Of a stretch of DNA of 64,000 bases, positions 57,466 to 64,000 are shown piece after piece. Positions within the stretch are counted from its first letter, which is position 1, and each line of letters begins with the position of its first letter. This DNA comes from Candidatus Zhuqueibacterota bacterium (lineage in GTDB: Bacteria > Zhuqueibacterota > Zhuqueibacteria > Thermofontimicrobiales > Thermofontimicrobiaceae): NCBI GenBank assembly GCA_049322915.1, contig JBMOPW010000014.1:1018774-1082773 (forward strand), written 5' to 3'. The position numbers and the translations under genes are program-made. The notes beneath the pieces were generated by a model that had not been told where the DNA came from, searched no databases, and worked only from the letters and a program-made list of their open reading frames with translations.

Positions 57466-57658
57466 AGATACGAAAAAGTATCGAATTTATTGCAATTGCT
57501 GTCAACTGGTCATTCATATTAATAATGAAATTATTCTAACCCTGAACCAGCCAGCCTGAGTCGTTACGAATTGAGTATCGCGTTTCGTTGGGAGAATCAG
57601 TGCCAACGCTCCGGCGTCGTTGGCAGTGTTGACAGGGGTGAATCGATCGATGCCTGGC

Positions 57659-58264
57659 TCAATACTTCCGAATCACCGCCCGCACCAGGCCGATGACGCT
57701 GAAATTCTTCTCGTCGGACTTGACATAGATCGGCTGATACAGCGGATTCTCCGATTGCAGCACAGTACGCCCCGGTTCGGCAACAAGGCGCTTCACCAGC
57801 AAATTGCCGTTCAGCGCGATGAGCATCAGATGCCCATCCCTCACCCCATGGCATCGCTCGAAAATGACGAGATCGCCGGGACGAAGGCCGGCATCCTGCA
57901 CCGGTTGCGTGTTGATCCGAATGGCGAAAACCTCGCCCTCGCCAGTCAGTTTGGCGTCCAGCAGCAGTTCTTCCGCGACATTGGACTGAAACGCCATCGG
58001 ATCGCCGAGCACCGGGACAGGGCGCACCTTCACTGGTTTCGTTTCGCTGCCGGTCAGGATTTCGATGGCGCGTGACCCGCCCCGTTTCTTCCTGAAAATG
58101 TAGCCCTTCTTTTCCAGATAGCTGAGCAGTTGGTGCACATTGCCCAGAGAGCCGAATCCCTGCCGCTGCAACTCGCGCACTGTGGGCGGGTAGCCGTTGG
58201 CTTTAATATTGTACTGAATCGCGCCTAAAAGTTCGCGTTGCCGGGGAGTTAATTGGTCGGGCAT
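57659..58264 (-). CDS. LexA-family repressor paralogue lacking autocleavage residues
   Basis: LTPRQ..GYPPTVREL..LEKKGYI..SRAI winged helix. S24-like domain with GDLV, VKR, SENPLYQPI, but no Ala-Gly site and no GDSM serine. Confidence 0.85.
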   Translation of the reverse strand: MPDQLTPRQRELLGAIQYNIKANGYPPTVRELQRQGFGSLGNVHQLLSYLEKKGYIFRKKRGGSRAIEILTGSETKPVKVRPVPVLGDPMAFQSNVAEELLLDAKLTGEGEVFAIRINTQPVQDAGLRPGDLVIFERCHGVRDGHLMLIALNGNLLVKRLVAEPGRTVLQSENPLYQPIYVKSDEKNFSVIGLVRAVIRKY

Positions 58265-58454
58265 TGTCTCACCATTTTGCTGGATTCGAGTCTTTTCGGA
58301 ACAGCCAGTTGCCGGGAGCTGGCGCAACGGCTGAGGTTGTAACACCATTCCTTCATCGGGTTCGCAGACTTCACGAAAATCTCATTTCATCGGATCGTTG
58401 TTTCTATTTCGGGCGAACGTCGGGATCTGCATCGACCTCACTCATCGGCTCCCA

Positions 58455-59264
58455 TTAATTCTCCGGTTCGGGTGCATCGCGCTCCGGCCGCTGCGGGAAT
58501 TGCCCTTTCAAGGCGGAGTTGATGATGTTGATTACCTCCTCGGAAAATACCTGCTGGGCCATCCACGACAGGTAGTCCCGATCCGTCTTCACCACATTCC
58601 GCAGCAGTTGACCTTTGAACTTGCCAAAAGTGAATGCTGCCTCGCCATTCTGCCAGATGAATTTTTTATCCGCATCGACGTACCTGTCATCGCGGCGATT
58701 GCTCAGTTTATGCAGGTCATCCAGGGTGCGCGGCAGGGTGGCGTACTTCGTCAGTTGCTGGCTGAAAATTTCCAGCGTGGCCTGCGCATCTTTCAACGCA
58801 CTGTGCGCGCCGACCAATTCTTTGTTGCAGTAAAAGCGGTAGGCGGCTGCCAAATCCCTGCGCTCCATGCTTTTGTAAATTGAAAGGACATCCACGATGC
58901 GCACATTTTCGGTGCTGAAATTTACCCCGGCCCGTTTCAATTCATTGACCAGCAGAGGCAGATCGAATTTCAGAAGATTGTAGCCGGCCAGATCGCTGTC
59001 TTCAATGATCAAATGAATGTCTTTGGCAATTTCGTTGAATCGCGGTTTATCCATGACGTCGAAATTGTTGATGCCGTGAATGTTGGTGGCATCCACAGGA
59101 ATGGGAATGCCCGGGTTCACCCTTGTCAGAAATGTCTCGGACGTACTGTCCGGATATACTTTTAAAAGGGCGATCTCCACGATGCGCGCTGTGCTGACAT
59201 CCAGTCCTGTGGTTTCAAGGTCGAAAAAAACGATAGGTCTGTCGAATTGTAAATTTAAATTCAT
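58455..59264 (-). CDS. DEDDh 3'-5' exonuclease (DnaQ/Pol III epsilon-like)
   Basis: FFDLETTG, IHGI, GYNLLKFD, HSALKDA, C-terminal FGKFKG..YLSWM. Confidence 0.9.
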   Translation of the reverse strand: MNLNLQFDRPIVFFDLETTGLDVSTARIVEIALLKVYPDSTSETFLTRVNPGIPIPVDATNIHGINNFDVMDKPRFNEIAKDIHLIIEDSDLAGYNLLKFDLPLLVNELKRAGVNFSTENVRIVDVLSIYKSMERRDLAAAYRFYCNKELVGAHSALKDAQATLEIFSQQLTKYATLPRTLDDLHKLSNRRDDRYVDADKKFIWQNGEAAFTFGKFKGQLLRNVVKTDRDYLSWMAQQVFSEEVINIINSALKGQFPQRPERDAPEPEN

Positions 59265-59510
59265 ACGGATTCCCTGTATTTGTCTTTGTTCGCGACTGAG
59301 GTATTCTTCCGATGGCCAGCCCGCCGGATAAACGCCCGCCCGTTCATGCGACGAAGCGCGACCTTCGCCCGGGGGAGATGCCCCGGCGAAGCATTCCTTC
59401 CTTCGTCATCACCTGAGACGATAAATTTTCCGCGCCGCAAATCACATTTCATACCATTTTAACTTTTATGTGGCATCGATAGGTGGCTGTTCCGTATCAT
59501 CGCTGAATAA

Positions 59511-59648
59511 CTGCCACTAAGACACGAAGCCGCTCAGAGAGTAAAATACAAACAACGTGTCCCGAATAATTCCTCTTGTTGTATTTAATTTCAGTCACGA
59601 ATTACAAACTGCCCGAGGTTTGCTTGGTGTCTTAGCGCCTTTGAGGCA
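59511..59648. repeat. Degenerate copy of the CCACNAAG-type repeat with inverted arms
   Basis: CTGCCACTAAGACACGAAG ... CTTGGTGTCTTAGCGCCTTTGAGGCA, related to the 42441 and 57154 repeats. Confidence 0.5.
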
Positions 59649-60201
59649 ACGAAGATTTCCAGATGTAAAATTCATCGGAATGCCCTCAAAGGTTAGCATG
59701 ATATAATAAATAATTTGTAACAATGACGAGCCGACGGGTCAGAAAATACGCTCTGAAGTTACTAAAAAAAAAGCTGTGAGTCAAACAAATTCTTCGCCAT
59801 TTTGGTCGGGCGATTCCCCTGCATTCGGCGCAGCCTGGTTCACGGTCGTCACCGTGCCTCTATGTTTCAGGCGCCCTCCTCGCGCTGCTATTTCATTCCG
59901 GCGCGCATCGAACTGAGTATCATTTTCAACACAGCCAGGCTCTCCGGCCATTCCGACCAGTCAGCGAAAATCTCAGTCCCGGTCATCTTATGGAGAGATC
60001 CCCCTGTGAATTGCACCGTATTTCTCTGGCATTTTACGGCCATCAGCCGACTTGGCAAACAGCCCATCTCAAAATGAATCAATTGTCAGTCAAGTATTAT
60101 GAGATTAATCCGATAATATTTACACGAATGGAGTGTTATGTCGAATGTTTAACCCGGGGAATAATTTGGAAGATAAACTACCTCGCGTTCAAAACTCACC
60201 G

Positions 60202-60402
60202 ATGGACAGAAGGACCTTCCTGTTGAAGTGGGGGAAGGTGTTCGGTGTGAGCATGATGATGGCCATGACGCCATTGAAGAATCTGTTGAATCTCGAAGAA
60301 ATCCTGTTCTGGATGAAATTCCGGTTGACTCAGGGTGTGGATACGCTCGTCTTCTCTATCCTGGAAAAGCTGGGCCGTCACCGGGACAGGTATTTTGATT
60401 AG
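60202..60402 (+). CDS. Small protein with a twin-arginine-like motif
   Basis: MDRRTFLLKW followed by a moderately hydrophobic stretch. Ends 49 nt before the ExeA-like gene. Upstream starts at 60133 and 60145 are possible. Confidence 0.45.
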   Translation: MDRRTFLLKWGKVFGVSMMMAMTPLKNLLNLEEILFWMKFRLTQGVDTLVFSILEKLGRHRDRYFD

Positions 60403-60451
60403 AAATAGCAAGTCAATTTCATGATGTCATTTAACTCAGTGGTGCGAAACT

Positions 60452-62791
60452 ATGTATTTGAACTATTGGCGATTGAAGAGGAAACCGTTCGAGAATTCGT
60501 TTGAACCGGATTTCTTTTTCCTATCAGAGAATACTGCCGATGCGCTGAATCGGCTCACCTATTGTATCTCCGAACAAAAGCAATTGGCGTCTTTGACCGG
60601 GGATTACGGCACCGGCAAGACATATCTGCTTCAGAATTTGTTCAATAAGTACAGCAAAGATAATGTCTATATCCTGTCGCTGAGCGCTGTCAGGCATGTT
60701 CCGGGTCGAACGCAGCAGCAGTTCATTCTCGATTACGAGAATGGTGATTTTGCCGGCAATACGCGACTGGAGTCTGTGCAGGAGATCATGGACTTTCTTT
60801 TGGAGAAAGCCCGTTCCGGCCAGCGGAGCATTCTCATCATCGACGAAATGCAACTCATCGAAGACGACAATGTGTTCGAGGATATTCGGATGCTGCTCAA
60901 TACGAATTTCGAATATCATTCCGTGGTCACCGTGATCCTGGCCGGACACACCAGCTTGCAACAGACCCTGGTTCGGCTGCCGCAACTGCAACAACGGCTG
61001 ACAGTGAATTGTTATCTGCGGCCGTACACTGATGTCGAGACAGCATCATTCATCAAATATCGGCTGCGACAGGCCGGGAGCAAAGAGAATATGTTCACCG
61101 GGGACGCCATGCAGAAAATTCACCAGATCAGCAATGGCCTGCCGCGGAAAATCAACAATGTCTGTGACCTGGCGCTGGTACTCGCATTTATGAGAAAGCA
61201 CAAACCCATCGACGCCGACATCATCGATGCGATCAACAATGAAAATGATATTCTGTTCAAACAGCCGGAATTGCAGGCCGAACAACTGCCCCGGCAAAAG
61301 GATGAAAATGCGGAAATAGCCCTCGACGACGAACGGGAGTCGGAGCCAAAGACGACAAAACTCGCTTTTGACACCCTGGTTGAAAATGCCAGAGCGCGGC
61401 AGTCCGAACTGCCTCCGCTGGAAAGTTGGCCGGGAGACGACAGTTCGGATGCGGAGAAGTATGTGCCGTTCCGGTTTTCGCCCATGAAACAACTGCACGA
61501 TGAAAAATCCAGTCCGCTCCCGGATGCCAGTCCGCTGGAAAAGCTGATCCAGCCGAATTCTGTAACTCCTAAAATGGATGGCTTGAAGAACGCTCAAAAT
61601 TTCCAGGCGCCGGATCCGTTGAATAAAACCGCCAGCCCCACATCGGAGCGCAGCGATGCGTTCAATCAGCAGTTGAGCGATTATCTCGCACCGCAAAACA
61701 GCGCCCGCGACCTGTCTTTCTCCGACTCCCGGGAACAGCATACCCTGCCCGGCGGCGCTGAGGAATTTTTAGGCGAAGCAGACCCCCTGATGGCGCAGGA
61801 TGAGGAAGATGATCTTGTCGATCTGGATGATATTTTCCAGGAGGAGATGGAGCAAAACCGCAAAGCGGATTCCGGGGTGATTCCTCTCGGCGATGATCTT
61901 AACTGGACGTTGACGTCATTCATCTTTCCAACGGTGACGGAATTTTTCCAGGAGTTGAAAGCCGGGCAGCCGCTCAATCTGGATCGTCTCAACATGGTGG
62001 TGGAGACGATCATCAACATCACGCGGGAAGGGGACGAGCTCATCACCCGATTGTTCGATACGACGGGCAATCACAGTATGGAAGAGCACAGCATCAATGT
62101 GGCAGGCCTGTCGGCTGCGGTGGCTCTGGCGCTGAATATGAGCGATCAGGAGGTGGAAGAAGTGGTGCTATCGGCGCTGCTGCATGACATCGGCATAATG
62201 AAAATAGATCCGGAAATTGTCTTTAAAAAAGGGACGCTGCAGAAACATGAACTGGAAATCATCAAGGAGCATCCGTACATGGGCGCCGAGATGCTGCACA
62301 AAATCCGCAGCGACCGATATGCCTCATTTCTGCCAACCCTGCGGACAGTCATTCTGCAGGAGCATGAGCGAGAAGGCGGCATTGGCTATCCGCTGGGACT
62401 GCACGGAGATGAGATTCACAAGTATGCCAAAATCATCGGGCTGTGCGATGTGTTCGAAGCATCCTGTTTTCGGCGAAAAGAGAGAAAAAGCACCCTGGTG
62501 CACAATACCCTGAAGAAAATTATTGACCTGGATGTCAAGTATTTCTCCACCCGGATCAAAAAAGGATTGGTGAAAAAGTTGACGCTCTATCCGCTGCATT
62601 CTTATGTGCAGCTTAACTCCGGCGAGATCGGGTGCGTGGTGAAGGTGAATCAGAGTCACCCGCTGCGGCCAATTTTGGAAATGGTAGCGGATTCCGACCG
62701 GAACCGGCTCCCTGCGCCGGAGACGCGGGATCTGTTGAAGACGCCGTTCCTGTTCATCGAGAATGTAGTGGATAAAGAGGATGTTTTTTAA
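60452..62791 (+). CDS. ExeA/GspA-type AAA ATPase fused to an HD-GYP-like domain
   Basis: MYLNYWRLKRKPF, GDYGTGKT, IIDEMQ, LQQRL, GLPRKINNVCD, acidic linker, then HSINVA, LLHDIG, EHPYMG, EHEREGGIGYP, CDVFEA, PLRP. Confidence 0.85.
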   Translation: MYLNYWRLKRKPFENSFEPDFFFLSENTADALNRLTYCISEQKQLASLTGDYGTGKTYLLQNLFNKYSKDNVYILSLSAVRHVPGRTQQQFILDYENGDFAGNTRLESVQEIMDFLLEKARSGQRSILIIDEMQLIEDDNVFEDIRMLLNTNFEYHSVVTVILAGHTSLQQTLVRLPQLQQRLTVNCYLRPYTDVETASFIKYRLRQAGSKENMFTGDAMQKIHQISNGLPRKINNVCDLALVLAFMRKHKPIDADIIDAINNENDILFKQPELQAEQLPRQKDENAEIALDDERESEPKTTKLAFDTLVENARARQSELPPLESWPGDDSSDAEKYVPFRFSPMKQLHDEKSSPLPDASPLEKLIQPNSVTPKMDGLKNAQNFQAPDPLNKTASPTSERSDAFNQQLSDYLAPQNSARDLSFSDSREQHTLPGGAEEFLGEADPLMAQDEEDDLVDLDDIFQEEMEQNRKADSGVIPLGDDLNWTLTSFIFPTVTEFFQELKAGQPLNLDRLNMVVETIINITREGDELITRLFDTTGNHSMEEHSINVAGLSAAVALALNMSDQEVEEVVLSALLHDIGIMKIDPEIVFKKGTLQKHELEIIKEHPYMGAEMLHKIRSDRYASFLPTLRTVILQEHEREGGIGYPLGLHGDEIHKYAKIIGLCDVFEASCFRRKERKSTLVHNTLKKIIDLDVKYFSTRIKKGLVKKLTLYPLHSYVQLNSGEIGCVVKVNQSHPLRPILEMVADSDRNRLPAPETRDLLKTPFLFIENVVDKEDVF

Positions 62792-62900
62792 CCGGACGGC
62801 CTGTGAGAATCGGAGAAGACGGACGGGGCGAGTGCGGATGGAGCCGAAGCTCTTCCTGAGTTGATCATCGCTCCAGATGAAAAATATGATTGTGAATTGT

Positions 62901-64000
62901 ATGAGTAAAGGACGACAAATATCCGGGGAATTCAGCTTTTTAAGGGATGTCATCCGATCCTATTTGGGCATGACCGGGGGACTGCCGCAGCGCTGCTATC
63001 CGTGGAACCGGATCACGCGCCGCGCAGCGACTGAAGGGTTGGCTGGTTTGTGCTACGAAGTCCTTCTCGAAGAGAAGTTCATCGTCCCGGCGTGGGTGGA
63101 CCAGTTCTTTCGGTTTATCTACTTCGAGAATGTAGCGCGATACATGCGCTGCGAGAAGGCGCTCAGCGCACTGCTCCTCGGCGTGGATCAGCCGGTGATT
63201 GTTTTAAAAGGTATGGCGCTCGTGCCGCGGTTCTATCACGCCACAGGCCTGCGGGGTTTTTCAGATCTGGATGTGCTCGTTCGCGCGAATGATGGAGCGA
63301 AGTTCGTCGACGCGGTGAAACGGCTCGGTTACCGCATCGCGGAGAGTGAGCATCAATTGCAAGACGCGGACGGCGTGCAGCTCGATATTCACACCGATTT
63401 GTTCGGCTTCGGGCGAATCCAATCCCGCAAGTTTGCCGTGCGCATGAATGAGGATTTGCCGTGGACAAAGACGAGACAGCTATCGATACAGCAGTCCCGC
63501 GCCCTTTGCCTTGAGCCGGAATTGGAAATATTGTATCTGTGCTATCACATGGTCAAACATTCATTCCTGAAACTGATCTGGGCCGTGGATATTGCGAAGA
63601 TCCTGCTGACGTATAAAAACCAATTCCGCTGGGACTATTTTATCGATTTGGCGCAGGACAGCAATCTCAATGTTTTCAGCTACTATGGCTTGCATTTCAC
63701 CAATGAAATCGCGTCAGGCCTTGTCCCCCGGGACCGGCTGGAACAACTCATGACGTTCCAGTCCAATGCCCTGCAATCGAGCATGTACCGGGCAGTCGTG
63801 CAGGGCGACAAAGTTCAGCAATTCGCCGAGCTGTTTTTCATTTCATCCATTCAGTCCGGCGCGAAAAAACTGGCATTCATCAGAGAAGTAGTCGCTCCGG
63901 CAGCGCCGGTGAGAAAGCAGATTGTCCGAAACAATGCCGCGTCGCAGCTTAAAATCGGTTTCTATCCGATACGGTTTTTTCAGATGGCTCGAATCGGATT
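62901..64000 (+). CDS. Nucleotidyltransferase family protein (NTP_transf_5-like), 3' end outside the window
   Basis: Hand translation from ATG 62901 (or 62877): VIVLKGMAL..FY..LRGFSDLDVLV..LGY..LDIH..LCYHMVKH..LIWAVDI. No stop seen in the part translated, and the ORF track lacks it, consistent with running off the window. Confidence 0.8.
   Translation, partial: MSKGRQISGEFSFLRDVIRSYLGMTGGLPQRCYPWNRITRRAATEGLAGLCYEVLLEEKFIVPAWVDQFFRFIYFENVARYMRCEKALSALLLGVDQPVIVLKGMALVPRFYHATGLRGFSDLDVLVRANDGAKFVDAVKRLGYRIAESEHQLQDADGVQLDIHTDLFGFGRIQSRKFAVRMNEDLPWTKTRQLSIQQSRALCLEPELEILYLCYHMVKHSFLKLIWAVDIAKILLTYKNQFRWDYFIDLAQDSNLNVFSYYGLHFTNEIASGLVPRDRLEQLMTFQSNALQSSMYRAVVQGDKVQQFAELFFISSIQSGAKKLAFIREVVAPAAPVRKQIVRNNAASQLKIGFYPIRFFQMARIG

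Larger units (their letters stand above)
57021..57567 (+). mobile_element. MITE-like element, copy C, carrying nested insertions
   Basis: Imperfect terminal repeats GTTGACGATTCAGG / CCTGAGTCGTTAC. Shares the GGTTC arm, GAATATTCATTTACAAC and ATTCTAACC..TGAACCAGCCA with copy A. Confidence 0.6.

Noticed and set aside
58265..58454. SOS-box-like operator upstream of the LexA paralogue
   Set aside because: No convincing palindrome or direct repeat shared with the mutY or exonuclease upstream regions was found by eye.
59888..60082. Small minus-strand ORFs as RiPP or lasso precursors for the nearby nucleotidyltransferase
   Set aside because: No convincing RBS or leader motif, opposite strand, and no maturase genes in view.

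Overview
64 kb of a diderm bacterial chromosome. The T9SS/PorV-type genes, lipid A genes, Shine-Dalgarno use and sigma54 regulators suggest an FCB-group lineage such as KSB1 or Calditrichota (inference only). Left to right: nucleotide-sugar genes (wecB, WbpA-like dehydrogenase, rfbB, rfbC-like); an NhaC-family transporter; a lipid A cluster (GnnA-like oxidoreductase, lpxB, DUF374/LpxJ-like, lpxK); an NtrC-type regulator followed by a palindrome array, a sigma54 promoter and an atypical sigma-like / zinc-finger anti-sigma-like / HEAT-repeat trio; core genes (PMM/PGM, prmC, prfA, DUF1385, rpmE, rho, sugar ABC ATPase, folC); a sigma54-promoter-led operon of TonB-dependent receptor, 1050-aa T9SS-type cargo and PorV-family barrel, divergent from a second NtrC-type regulator; a 12-gene glycan biosynthesis cluster with no visible flippase or polymerase; a 13-PAS hybrid histidine kinase; mutY, an apparently non-cleavable LexA paralogue and a DEDDh exonuclease; and an ExeA-AAA/HD-GYP fusion followed by a nucleotidyltransferase that runs off the window. 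Intergenic DNA at about 42.4, 48.9-49.6, 57.0-57.6 and 59.5 kb carries related MITE/REP-like elements, nested inside one another at 57 kb. No rRNA, tRNA, CRISPR array or transposase was recognised. All family calls come from motif recognition by eye, not database searches.
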